A stretch of 58,650 bases of DNA from Acidobacteriota bacterium. Its GTDB lineage: Bacteria; Acidobacteriota; Vicinamibacteria; Vicinamibacterales; JACQTH01. The notes below the pieces were generated by a model. The model made no database searches. It was not told the origin of the DNA and worked only from the letters and a program-made list of their open reading frames with translations. The stretch's first letter is position 1. Each line of letters opens with the position of its first letter. The position numbers and the translations under genes are program-made. Positions 35,083 through 44,344 of the stretch are shown one piece after another. Location: contig JACOUA010000305.1 in NCBI GenBank assembly GCA_016178075.1, forward strand, positions 1-58,650, written 5' to 3'.

Positions 35083-35148
35083 ACTTCCGCCTGACCGCCT
35101 CCGCCAAGCCTACGGCGGTCCGCCGAAGCTTTATGCGAAGGCGAAAGC
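35083..35148. repeat. REP-like long palindromic element (second copy)
   Basis: The reverse complement reads AGCTTTCGCCTTCGCATAAAGCTTCGGCGGACCGCCGTAGGCTTGGCGGAGGCGGTCAGGCGG. It lies in the rsgA/glnN divergent region. Confidence 0.8.
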
Positions 35149-35208
35149 TACGATAGAATGTTTGCGACCACGATCGACAACCTTCCTTCTCGCACGCTGA
35201 AAAACATT

Positions 35209-37395
35209 ATGAGCCCAACTTCTCGAAGCCACACCGTCATTGCCGCGGCCACCAAGTTCTCCGTCCCGAAGCCCACCGAGCGCAAGCCGCCGATGGACAT
35301 CCAACAGATCTTCGGTGAGAACACCTTCTGGCATGCGGAGATGCAGGCCAGGCTGCCCAAGACGGTCTACCGGAGTCTGCTCTCGACCATTCAAAAAGGG
35401 ACGCCAATCGATACCAAGGTGGCGGAAGCCGTCGCGCTGGCCATGAAAGAGTGGGCCGTCGAGAAAGGCGCCACGCATTTCACGCACTGGTTCCAGCCGC
35501 TGACCGGTCAGACGGCCGAGAAGCACGACTCATTCATCACGCCGAACGAGGGGGGCGGCGCCGTCGCGGAGTTCTCGGGCAAGGACTTGATCCAGGGCGA
35601 GCCTGACGCGTCGAGCTTTCCGAGCGGCGGTCTGCGCGCCACCTTCGAGGCGCGCGGCTACACCGCCTGGGACCCGACGTCGCCCGCGTTCATCATCGAA
35701 AACCCCGGCGGGTCGTATCTCGCGATCCCGACGGCCTTCGCCTCGTGGACCGGCGAGGCGCTCGACGCGAAGACGCCGCTCCTCCGCTCGATGCACGCCC
35801 TCAGCACCCAGGCCATCCGGGTGCTGAAGCTGTTCAACGTCACCAACGTGCACCAGGTCTACACGACCGTCGGGTCCGAGCAGGAGTACTTCATGATCGA
35901 CGAGGAGTTCTACTACCGGCGGCCGGATCTCGTGACGTGCGGCCGGACGCTCTTCGGCGCCAAGCCGCCGCGCGGCCAGGAGCTCGAGGATCACTACTTC
36001 GGATCGATTCAGGATCGCGTACTCAGCTGCATGCTCGAAACGGAAAAGGAGCTCTATCGGCTCGGCGTGCCGGTGAAGACACGCCACAACGAGGTCGCGC
36101 CGAGTCAGTACGAGATTGCGCCCATCTTCGAGAACACGAACGTGGCCAGCGATCATCAGCAGCTCATGATGCTGATGCTGCGGCGGGTCGCGCGGCACTA
36201 CGGCCTCGTCTGCCTGCTGCACGAGAAGCCCTTTGCCGGCATCAACGGCTCGGGCAAACACAACAACTGGTCGATGTCGACCGACACGGGGATGAACCTG
36301 CTCGAGCCGGGAGCCGACCCGCATGACAACCTGCAGTTCCTCTTCTTCTGTATCGCCGTCGTCAAGGCGGTGAACAAGCACCAGGATCTGCTGCGGATCT
36401 CGGTCGCGTACGCGGCGAACGACCATCGCCTCGGGGCCAACGAGGCGCCACCCGCGATCGTCTCGGTGTTCCTGGGGGATCAGCTCACCGAGATCATCGA
36501 GCAGATCGAGAAAGGATCGGCGACGATGAGCAAGCCCGGCGGGCTGCTCGGGCTGGGCACGCGCGTGCTGCCGCCGCTCCCCCGCCATGCAAGCGATCGG
36601 AACCGGACGTCGCCCTTCGCCTTCACCGGCAACAAGTTCGAGTTCCGTGCCGTCGGGTCGTCGCAGAGCCTCGGCTGGCCCAACACCGTGTTGAACATCA
36701 TCGTGGCCGACACGCTCGACGAGATGGCGACCGCGCTCGAGGCGGACTTGAAGAAGAAGGTGTCGTTCGAGAAGGCGGTTGGCAACGTCTTGACCGCGGC
36801 CATCCGCGAGAGCAAGCGCATCGTCTTCAACGGCGACAACTACACGGCCGAGTGGCACGCCGAAGCCGGCCGGCGAGGGCTGCTCAACCTGAAGACGACG
36901 CTCGACGCGCTCGAGCACATGCTCGACGCAAAGAACCGAAAGCTCCTCAGCCGGTTCGAGGTGCTGTCCGAGCGGGAGCTCGAGAGCCGCCACGAGATCG
37001 CCCTCGATCAGTACTTCAAGACGGTGAACATCGAAGGCGAGACCACCGCCTCCATGGCCAGGACGATGATTCTGCCGGCGGCGGTGCGGTATCTGAACGA
37101 GCTGGCCACCACGGTGGAGCGCGGCAAGATCATCGGCACCGATCTCGCGGGCGTGCGCGAGACGCTGAACGAGGTGAACCAGCTCGTCGCGGAGCTTCGT
37201 ACCGCCCTGAACGAGCTGAACAAGCAGAACGCGGACCTCGGCGGCGACACGGTCCACGAAAAGGCCTATCACATGCGCGACAAGGTCATCCCGGCCATGC
37301 GCGCGGTGCGGGACGTCGCCGACAAGCTCGAAACCGTGGTCGCCGAGGATCTCTGGCCGTTTCCCACGTACCGCGACATGCTGTTCGTGAAGTGA
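35209..37395 (+). CDS. glnN: glutamine synthetase type III
   Basis: 728 aa from ATG 35209. [27 protein letters not shown] and [10 protein letters not shown] are GSIII hallmarks, and the length fits GlnN. Confidence 0.9.
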   Translation: MSPTSRSHTVIAAATKFSVPKPTERKPPMDIQQIFGENTFWHAEMQARLPKTVYRSLLSTIQKGTPIDTKVAEAVALAMKEWAVEKGATHFTHWFQPLTGQTAEKHDSFITPNEGGGAVAEFSGKDLIQGEPDASSFPSGGLRATFEARGYTAWDPTSPAFIIENPGGSYLAIPTAFASWTGEALDAKTPLLRSMHALSTQAIRVLKLFNVTNVHQVYTTVGSEQEYFMIDEEFYYRRPDLVTCGRTLFGAKPPRGQELEDHYFGSIQDRVLSCMLETEKELYRLGVPVKTRHNEVAPSQYEIAPIFENTNVASDHQQLMMLMLRRVARHYGLVCLLHEKPFAGINGSGKHNNWSMSTDTGMNLLEPGADPHDNLQFLFFCIAVVKAVNKHQDLLRISVAYAANDHRLGANEAPPAIVSVFLGDQLTEIIEQIEKGSATMSKPGGLLGLGTRVLPPLPRHASDRNRTSPFAFTGNKFEFRAVGSSQSLGWPNTVLNIIVADTLDEMATALEADLKKKVSFEKAVGNVLTAAIRESKRIVFNGDNYTAEWHAEAGRRGLLNLKTTLDALEHMLDAKNRKLLSRFEVLSERELESRHEIALDQYFKTVNIEGETTASMARTMILPAAVRYLNELATTVERGKIIGTDLAGVRETLNEVNQLVAELRTALNELNKQNADLGGDTVHEKAYHMRDKVIPAMRAVRDVADKLETVVAEDLWPFPTYRDMLFVK

Positions 37396-37590
37396 GCGCC
37401 GCGCCCACCTTCGTGCCCCTCGAGTACGCGCCGTGCTCGGCCGTCGAGACCAGGCAAAGGGCCCGCGACTGCGATCTGGAGCTGCGGCGCCGGCGGACAG
37501 TGCGGCAGTTCTCCGATCGTCCCGTGCCGCGCGAGGCGATCGAAGACTGCCTCCGGGCGGCCGGCACGGCCCCGAGCGGCGCGAACCTGC
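37392..37590 (+). pseudogene. nitroreductase family gene, 5' fragment only
   Basis: GTG overlaps the glnN stop (GTGA). [41 protein letters not shown] is a nitroreductase N-terminus. Homology stops where QPW is expected, exactly at a GGGAYTC heptamer array. Confidence 0.6.
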
Positions 37591-37591
37591 C

Positions 37592-37612
37592 GGGACTCGG
37601 GATTCGGGTTTC
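37592..37612. repeat. heptamer array (GGGAYTC-like)x3 at the nitroreductase-remnant/M28 peptidase junction
   Basis: gggactc gggattc gggtttc. It begins at the codon where nitroreductase homology ends. Confidence 0.9.
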
Positions 37613-37614
37613 GC

Positions 37615-39030
37615 TTGGAGCCGTCACACGTGCGCAGACGCCCATTCATAGACAGCCATCTTGCTCTCGCGATCGTCACGGTCTGTGGCTTGATCACGCT
37701 CGAGGCCCGGGGACAGCAGTCGTCCCGGCTCGGGTGGCTGGATCCGTATCGCGAGCCGGCGAGTCGGCTGATCGGTGAAGCGATCTCCGACCACTTCGCG
37801 TGGCGCCGCCTCGCGGAGCTGACCGACACGTTCGGCAACCGCTTGAGCGGATCGGAGAATCTCGACCGGGCGATCCGGTGGGCGGCCGCGCAGATGAAGA
37901 GCGACGGCCTGGACAACGTGCGGACCGAGAAGGTGATGGTCCCGCATTGGATTCGCGGCGACGAGCGGCTCGAGATCGTCGAACCGCCCCGGCACACGCT
38001 GGCCATGCTCGGCCTTGGCGGCAGTGTCGGCACGTCCGGGATCGAGGCGGAACCGCTCGTGGTCCGCGGCTTCGACGAGCTGGACCAGAACGCCGCGCGC
38101 GCCAAGGGACGGATCGTCGTCTACAACGTGCCGTTCACGGCCTACAACGAGACGGTCACCTACCGCTCGGGCGGGGCATCGCGCGCGGCGAGACACGGCG
38201 CCCTGGCGGTGCTGGTTCGAGCCGTCGGTCCCGCGGGTCTCCGCACGCCTCACACCGGGGCGCTGCGCTATGAAGACGGGCTGCCCCAGATTCCCGCGGC
38301 GGCCATCTCGTCCGAGGACGCCGACCGACTGCAGCGGATGCAGGACCGCGGCACCCGCGTACGGCTGCGTCTGATCATGGGCGCCCGCATGCTGCCGGAC
38401 GCCGAATCGGCCAACGTCGTGGGCGAAATCCGCGGGCGCGAGCTGCCCGACGAGGTGGTCGTCATCGGTGGGCATCTCGATTCATGGGACGTCGGCGCCG
38501 GCGCGGCCGACGATGGCGGCGGATGCGTCGTTTCCTGGGAGGCGCTTCGGATGATGAAGAAGCTGAACCTCCGGCCCAGGCGGACGGTGCGGGTCGTGCT
38601 CTTCACCAACGAAGAAAACGGCGGCCGCGGCGGACTCGCGTATCTGGAGAAATACCGCGGCGAGCTGAAGAACCACGTCATGATGATGGAATCGGATTCC
38701 GGCGTGTTCCGCCCGGTCGGGTTCGGGTTCTCGGGACCCGAGTCCGGACGCAGAATCCTCGGCGACATCGCCACGCTGCTACGAGGTGTGGGTGCCGATC
38801 GGATCTTCATGGGTGGCGGCGGCGCCGACATCGGTCCGAGCGTGCGCGAGGGAAACATTCCCGCCCTGTCACTGAACGTCGACGGCAACTATTTCCTCAT
38901 CCACCACACTCCGGCCGACACCGTGGACAAGATCGATCCGAACGACGTCGCGCGTGCGGCCGCCGCCGTCGCCGTCATGACCTATGTCATCGCCGAGATG
39001 CCACAGCGGCTCGGCATCGAGAGCCAATGA
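37615..39030 (+). CDS. M28 family metallopeptidase with PA domain (carboxypeptidase Q-like)
   Basis: [28 protein letters not shown] and HHTPADT are the zinc-ligand motifs. A signal-like N-terminus is present. The start may be TTG 37615 or GTG 37630. Confidence 0.85.
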   Translation: MEPSHVRRRPFIDSHLALAIVTVCGLITLEARGQQSSRLGWLDPYREPASRLIGEAISDHFAWRRLAELTDTFGNRLSGSENLDRAIRWAAAQMKSDGLDNVRTEKVMVPHWIRGDERLEIVEPPRHTLAMLGLGGSVGTSGIEAEPLVVRGFDELDQNAARAKGRIVVYNVPFTAYNETVTYRSGGASRAARHGALAVLVRAVGPAGLRTPHTGALRYEDGLPQIPAAAISSEDADRLQRMQDRGTRVRLRLIMGARMLPDAESANVVGEIRGRELPDEVVVIGGHLDSWDVGAGAADDGGGCVVSWEALRMMKKLNLRPRRTVRVVLFTNEENGGRGGLAYLEKYRGELKNHVMMMESDSGVFRPVGFGFSGPESGRRILGDIATLLRGVGADRIFMGGGGADIGPSVREGNIPALSLNVDGNYFLIHHTPADTVDKIDPNDVARAAAAVAVMTYVIAEMPQRLGIESQ

Positions 39031-39047
39031 GACCGGCGATGGCCTGT

Positions 39048-40934
39048 TTAGAGTTCGACCTGCACGCCGAGCTCCACCACCCGTTCGGGAGGCAGGCGGA
39101 AGAACGCCGTCGCCGGCACGGCGTTGCGCGACATGAAGGCGAACAGCCGCTCCCGCCACACGGCCATTCCGGGCCGACTCGTCGCGATTAACGTCTCCCG
39201 CCCCAGGAAATACGTCGTCTGCTCGAGGTCGATTTTCAAGCCGGCTTCGTCGATGCCGGCAAGCAGTTCCGGGACGCTCGTGTCTTCCATGAAGCCGGAG
39301 TGAACGGTGACGCGGTAGAAGCGCTGCCCGAGCGCGTCGATTCTCACCCGATCCTTGTCGGCGACGTGCGGGAGCTCCTCGGTCAGGATCGTGAGGAGCA
39401 CGACCTGCTCGTGCAGCACCTTGTTGTGACGAAGGTTGTGCAGGAGCGGGAACGGCGTCCCGGCCGGGTTGCCGACCATGAAGACGGCCGTCCCGGGGAC
39501 GCGAGGCGGTGGGTTCCGCGTAATCTGCGCCCAGAACACGTCGAAGGGAATGGCGGCTTCGCGCAGGCGCGCCGCCAGAATCGATCGGCCGGCCTTCCAG
39601 GTTGACATCAGCAGGTAGATGATCGCGGCAACCGCCAGCGGGAACCAGCCCCCCTGCTCGACCTTCAGGATGTTGGCACCGAAGAAGGCCAGGTCGACGA
39701 CGAGAAACGTCGCGGTGACGCCGACGGCGAGGACAATGCGCCACTTCCACACGCGCCGCGCAACCACATACGCCAGCAGCGTGGTGATCACCATCGTCGT
39801 CGTCACCGCGACGCCGTACGCGGCCGCCAGATTGCTGGATGTCTTGAAGCCGAGGACCAGACCGATCGTCGCCAGCATGAGCGCCCAGTTGATCTGCGGG
39901 ACGTAGATCTGCCCGATTTCCTGGGACGAGGTGTGGGCGATCTCCATGCGGGGGCTGTACCCCAGCTGCACCGCTTGCCGCGTTAGCGAGAACGCGCCCG
40001 AGATGACCGCTTGAGACGCGATGACCGTCGCGACCGTCGCGAGCAGCACCATCGGATAGAGCGCCCAGGCCGGCGACAGGTGATAGAAGGGATTCACCCG
40101 CGCGGCCGGATCGTGGAGCAGCAACGCTCCCTGGCCGAAGTAGTTCAGGAGCAGGGCGGGAAGCACGATCACGAACCACGTCAACCGGATCGGACGCTTG
40201 CCGAAGTGACCCATGTCCGCGTACAACGCTTCGCTGCCGGTCGCGACAAGAAAAACGGCGCCAAGCACGAGGAAGCCGTGCCACCGGTTCTGCGCAAAGA
40301 ACGCCACGCCGTGGATCGGGTCGATCGCGGCGAGCACGTGGGGCTCGCGCGCGACCCAGGACGCGCCGAGTCCCGCCAGCACGACGAACCAGATGAAGGT
40401 AATCGGACCGAAGACGGCGCCGATGCCCGACGTGCCGCGACGCTGCACCATGAAAAGGAGCACGAGGATCACAATGGTGATCGGGAGGACGTACGGCTCG
40501 AACAATGGCGTGGCAATCCGGAGACCCTCGACGGCGCTCAGGACCGAGATCGCCGGTGTGATGATGCCGTCGCCGTACAGGAGCGCCGCGCCAAAGAGCC
40601 CCAGCCCCACCAGCAGCGCCTGACGATGGCGCGGTGCCGCCGGAGGCCGCGCGAGCGCCATGAGGGCGAGAATCCCGCCCTCGCCCCGATTGTCGGCCCT
40701 CATCACGAAGGTCAGGTACTTGATCGAGACGATGATGACAAGCGACCAGAAGATGAGGGAGAGAATGCCGAGCACGTTGGCCTCGGTGGCCTCGACGCTG
40801 TGCGATCCGCTGAAACACTCTCGAAGCGCGTAGAGCGGGCTGGTACCGATGTCTCCGTAGACGATCCCCAGCGCGGCCAGCGACAGAGAGAGGAGCCGGC
40901 CGCTGGGATCCTGGTTGTGGCGGGTCACGGACAC
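39048..40934 (-). CDS. kup: KUP/HAK/KT potassium transporter
   Basis: 628 aa. LSLAALGIVYGDIGTSPLYAL N-terminal signature, 12 TM helices plus a cytoplasmic C-domain. GTG start. Confidence 0.95.
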   Translation of the reverse strand: MSVTRHNQDPSGRLLSLSLAALGIVYGDIGTSPLYALRECFSGSHSVEATEANVLGILSLIFWSLVIIVSIKYLTFVMRADNRGEGGILALMALARPPAAPRHRQALLVGLGLFGAALLYGDGIITPAISVLSAVEGLRIATPLFEPYVLPITIVILVLLFMVQRRGTSGIGAVFGPITFIWFVVLAGLGASWVAREPHVLAAIDPIHGVAFFAQNRWHGFLVLGAVFLVATGSEALYADMGHFGKRPIRLTWFVIVLPALLLNYFGQGALLLHDPAARVNPFYHLSPAWALYPMVLLATVATVIASQAVISGAFSLTRQAVQLGYSPRMEIAHTSSQEIGQIYVPQINWALMLATIGLVLGFKTSSNLAAAYGVAVTTTMVITTLLAYVVARRVWKWRIVLAVGVTATFLVVDLAFFGANILKVEQGGWFPLAVAAIIYLLMSTWKAGRSILAARLREAAIPFDVFWAQITRNPPPRVPGTAVFMVGNPAGTPFPLLHNLRHNKVLHEQVVLLTILTEELPHVADKDRVRIDALGQRFYRVTVHSGFMEDTSVPELLAGIDEAGLKIDLEQTTYFLGRETLIATSRPGMAVWRERLFAFMSRNAVPATAFFRLPPERVVELGVQVEL

Positions 40935-40955
40935 CGGCTTGTGAGTCTACCCCAA

Positions 40956-41073
40956 CAGGGATCAGGGACCAGGGATCAGGGACCAGGAAAAGGGCACAGG
41001 GTCTCGAAGTGCCGGCCCCTGACCCCTGATCCCTGATCCCCGATCCTGATGAGGGATCGGGCTCGGGGATCGA
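40956..41073. repeat. inverted pair of heptamer arrays (CAGGGAY x4.5 / YCCCTGA x5) forming a ~100-nt palindrome, plus nested hairpins
   Basis: Left arm 40956..40987 (cagggat cagggac cagggat cagggac cagg). Central GGCAC..GTGCC hairpin. Right arm 41016..41049 (cccctga cccctga tccctga tccccga tcctga), followed by CCCGATCC/GGATCGGG. The region lies between the divergent kup and tlpA-like genes. Confidence 0.9.
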
Positions 41074-41160
41074 CAAAGGCCGATGCCGCGTCGAACGGCA
41101 CCTTTCGTTGACCTGCAGGTCGGCCGCCGGGCTATGATGTCGGCTGCAGCCGAGCCATCC

Positions 41161-42123
41161 ATGAAACACCTCCTGACCGTCGTCTGCCTTTTCGCCGCTG
41201 TCTGTACCACTGCGTCGGCCCGCCAGGCGGCACCGCAGCCACAGGCCAAACCGAACATCATCGCCCAGGTTCGCGCCGCCATCGCGAAGAAGGATTTCGC
41301 GGAAGGTGAGCGGATCCTCGGGCAGTATCGCGCGGCAAACGGCGACACGCCTGATGCCCTGGAAGCCATGTCGTGGCTGGGTCGAGGCGCGCTCGCCGAG
41401 CGCGCCCTCGATCGCGCGGACACGTACGCCCGCGAGACCCATCGCCTCTCCGTGGCCGCGCTCGACAAGCGCGAGCTCGACGCCGAGCCGCGCGTCCCCA
41501 TCGCCCTTGGCGCGGCAATCGAGGTGCAGGCGCACGTGCTCGCGCAGCGGGGCCGGCTGTCCGAGGCGGTCTATTTCCTGAACCGGGAGATCGAGACCTA
41601 CGGCCGGACCTCGATTCGAACCCGGATTCAGAAGAACATCAACCTCCTGACGCTGGAAGGCAGACCCGCGCCGGCATTGCGAGCGCGGGAGCACCTCGGC
41701 GCCAAGCCCGCGGCGCTCGGCGACCTCAAGGGCAAGGCAGTCATCCTCTTCTTCTGGGCGCACTGGTGTCCGGACTGCAAGGCACAGGCGCCGATATTGG
41801 AAAAGCTGCAGCAGGCGTACGCCGGCAAAGGTCTCGTGATTCTGGCGCCGACCCAGCGCTTCGGCTACGTGGCCGGGCGGAAGTCAGCTCGGCCCGAGGA
41901 AGAAACACGGTACATCGAAGAAGTCCGGCAGAAGTTCTACGGCGCGATCGACATGGGGATCACGATCAGCGACGAGGACTACACCGCGTGGGGCGTCAGC
42001 ACGACGCCGACGCTGGTTCTGGTCGATCGGCGCGGGATCGTCCGGCTCTATCACCCGGGACAGATGACCATGGAAGAGCTGGACCCGAAAGTCAGGCTGC
42101 TTCTGGAGAGTGCGACGGACTGA
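41161..42123 (+). CDS. TlpA-family thiol:disulfide oxidoreductase with helical N-terminal domain
   Basis: Signal peptide MKHLLTVVCLFAAVCTTASA. Thioredoxin fold with FFWAHWCPDCKAQ (WCxxC). Confidence 0.8.
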   Translation: MKHLLTVVCLFAAVCTTASARQAAPQPQAKPNIIAQVRAAIAKKDFAEGERILGQYRAANGDTPDALEAMSWLGRGALAERALDRADTYARETHRLSVAALDKRELDAEPRVPIALGAAIEVQAHVLAQRGRLSEAVYFLNREIETYGRTSIRTRIQKNINLLTLEGRPAPALRAREHLGAKPAALGDLKGKAVILFFWAHWCPDCKAQAPILEKLQQAYAGKGLVILAPTQRFGYVAGRKSARPEEETRYIEEVRQKFYGAIDMGITISDEDYTAWGVSTTPTLVLVDRRGIVRLYHPGQMTMEELDPKVRLLLESATD

Positions 42124-44101
42124 CCCTCAGCGCCATTATCGTCGCATCATCGAAGGGTTCGGCGTTCCCGCGGTGCGCGCGGATTTCCCGCTCCACACGA
42201 TCCAGCACCGCATCGATCCCGGACGCGTGCTCGCGCACCAAGAGCTGCTCGAGGCGCTCGGCGCCGAACATCTCTCCCGCTTCGTTTTCGACTTCGACCG
42301 CGCCGTCCGTGTAGAAGAAGAGCAGATCGTCGTCAGCCAGCGCGATCTGCCGCTCGGTGTAGCCGTGCCCGGCAAACAGTCCGACCGGTAGACCGGTCGA
42401 CGCCAGGCGCTCCAAGCCTCCGGCGGCCCGAATGACGAACTGCGGGTTGTGTCCGGCGTTGAGGTAGCGCAGAACCTTGGTCGTCGGATCGAGGATTCCC
42501 ACGAAGAGCGTGAAGTACACGCCTCGGGGTGTGGTCTTCTCGATATCGTCGTCAACGGCCGCGATGAGCTTGGCCAGATCGGGCTCGAGCGGAAGTCGTG
42601 CCCGCAAGGTGGCCTGCACGTTGGCCATGAGCAGCGCCGCGCTCACGCCCTTTCCCGAGACGTCGCCGACCAGGAGCGCAACCTCGCCGCCCGGCATCAC
42701 GAAGTAGTTGAAGAAATCGCCCCCGACCTCGCGCGCGGGAATCGAGACGCCCTTGACTTCCGTGAGCCCGAGGCGCAGGGACTCGCGCGGGAGCATCTCG
42801 GTCTGAATCTGGCGGCACAGTTCCAGCTCACGCTTGAGCCGCTCCTGGTCGACGACCAGTTTCTGGTGCGCCTCGATGTCTTCGGCCATCTGATTGAACG
42901 CCCGGCCGAGCAGACCGAATTCGTCACCGGATTTCGCGGCGACGCGCGCGCTGAAATCGCCGCGCGCGATCCGTTGAACGCCGTTTGTCAGCGCCGAAAG
43001 GCTCCGCGTCATCCGGTTGGACAGCGGCACGATCCCCACGAGGGCGATCGTGATGAACAGGACCCCGATCGCCAGGCTCCGGACGGAGGCGCGCCGAATC
43101 TCCTGCAGCGACTCGCCCAGCGGATGCGCGATCCCGAAGGTGACCCCGCTCGGGTCGTCGCGCGTGACGATCAGCCACTCGGCCGCTTGCCGAACACCTG
43201 CCCCCTCGCGTCGATCGACGCCGAGTCCCTGCAAGACCGCCGCGTCGCCGCCGTTTTGCGTGTGCAGGCCGGTGCCGTCGATCGCGAACGGAATCTCGCC
43301 CCGCCCGCGCCTGGGTGTCGACAACACGCCGGCGAGAATGCGGTTCATGTTGAGCGTCGCCTGGATCTGCCCGACCTCGCGTCCCTGACGATGGACCATG
43401 AAGGCGAGCTGGCGCTGCCGAACGGCGCGCTGCCGCTCCTCCGTGCGCGCCCTGGTCGCCGCCTGGTCCCGCCGCCGATCCTCGACCTGCCGCTTCAGCT
43501 CTTCTGCGCCCTGCTTGATGCCGGCAATCGCCCCTTTCAACCCCAGGTCGAGCCCGGCCGCGAGCACCTCCTGCATCGTCCCGACCCAGGCCGATGGGTC
43601 GATGTCCGCGCCTCGATTGACGTCCGAGCCCGGACGTTTGGCCTTCATCCACCTGGAGACGTCGATCACGATCTTCCGATGCAGGTCGCGGCGCGACGGG
43701 CGCGCCTGACGCGGCGGCGCCGGCGGCTCGGGCGGCGCCGGAGGGGCGGTCGGCACAATCTCGATTCTCTCGAGGAAAGACGCCGCATTCCCCAACAGGG
43801 CGTCGAGCTCGGCCGGGGCCTCGACTTCATCGGCATCCGTGTCCCGGAGCGAAGCCGGCTTCTTGGTGTCGGGCGTGTTGGGCCCCATCGGCACATCCCA
43901 CAGCTGGTCCATTCGCTGCTCGAGGCTGGCGGTGACGGTGTCCATCCGCTGCCCCATCTCGCGGGCCGCGAAGCGGGCCTCCGCCTCGACGGCGTTTTCG
44001 AACGCTTGCCGGGACGAGCTATAGGAATAGAAGGTGACGGCTGACAGCGGGACGACCGATGTGATGAAAAACGCCACGATCAGACGCGTGCGGAGGTTCA
44101 T
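42092..44101 (-). CDS. HAMP domain-containing SpoIIE/PP2C family phosphatase (RsbU-like) with large extracytoplasmic region
   Basis: N-terminal TM, second TM followed by HAMP (LTNGVQRIARGDFSARV). PP2C motifs GGDFFNYF, LLVGDVSGKGVSAALLMA, LFFYTDGAVE. Confidence 0.85.
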   Translation of the reverse strand: MNLRTRLIVAFFITSVVPLSAVTFYSYSSSRQAFENAVEAEARFAAREMGQRMDTVTASLEQRMDQLWDVPMGPNTPDTKKPASLRDTDADEVEAPAELDALLGNAASFLERIEIVPTAPPAPPEPPAPPRQARPSRRDLHRKIVIDVSRWMKAKRPGSDVNRGADIDPSAWVGTMQEVLAAGLDLGLKGAIAGIKQGAEELKRQVEDRRRDQAATRARTEERQRAVRQRQLAFMVHRQGREVGQIQATLNMNRILAGVLSTPRRGRGEIPFAIDGTGLHTQNGGDAAVLQGLGVDRREGAGVRQAAEWLIVTRDDPSGVTFGIAHPLGESLQEIRRASVRSLAIGVLFITIALVGIVPLSNRMTRSLSALTNGVQRIARGDFSARVAAKSGDEFGLLGRAFNQMAEDIEAHQKLVVDQERLKRELELCRQIQTEMLPRESLRLGLTEVKGVSIPAREVGGDFFNYFVMPGGEVALLVGDVSGKGVSAALLMANVQATLRARLPLEPDLAKLIAAVDDDIEKTTPRGVYFTLFVGILDPTTKVLRYLNAGHNPQFVIRAAGGLERLASTGLPVGLFAGHGYTERQIALADDDLLFFYTDGAVEVENEAGEMFGAERLEQLLVREHASGIDAVLDRVEREIRAHRGNAEPFDDATIMALRVSPSHSPEAA

Positions 44102-44122
44102 GAGTTCTCAGCTTTCAGCTTG
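44102..44122. repeat. short heptamer array (2-3 units of AGCTYTC) abutting the SpoIIE-phosphatase start
   Basis: gagttctc agctttc agcttgg. On the sense strand this reads CCAAGCTGAAAGCTGAGAACTC-ATG(44101). Confidence 0.8.
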
Positions 44123-44344
44123 GTTCAGTTACCCCTTCATGATGATACGGTTCATCGGCCGCGGGGTTCCACTATATGCTCCGGAGTAGTGAACCGGCCA
44201 TCGGTTTGAGACTCGCACCATCCCGTCAACGGGGCCAACAAAGATGAGGCGCAGCATCCTCGCAAGTGCCGGTCTCTTGGCGATCGCGGTCACGTCTGCG
44301 CCGTCGTTCTGACCTGAGCTACACTTCCCCACCGCGAGGTGACC

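Noticed and set aside
41606-41626. tRNA T-arm-like string TCGATTCGAACCCGG
   Set aside because: It lies in frame inside the tlpA-like CDS (..YGRTSIRTRIQ..), and no acceptor stem, anticodon arm or 3' end can be built around it.
38869-41763. 964-aa minus-strand ORF (the longest in this region)
   Set aside because: It runs in an alternative frame of kup, crosses the repeat-filled intergenic region and continues antisense to the tlpA-like gene. Its composition is dominated by R/G/A/P. The kup frame carries the GDIGTSPLY signature.
44244-44312. 22-codon ORF MRRSILASAGLLAIAVTSAPSF that looks like a signal peptide, upstream of the second BNR gene
   Set aside because: It is in a different frame from the BNR gene, which has its own signal peptide and an in-frame stop at 44315 upstream of its start. 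The ORF is too short to support. It might be a relic of an older N-terminus, but I cannot show that.
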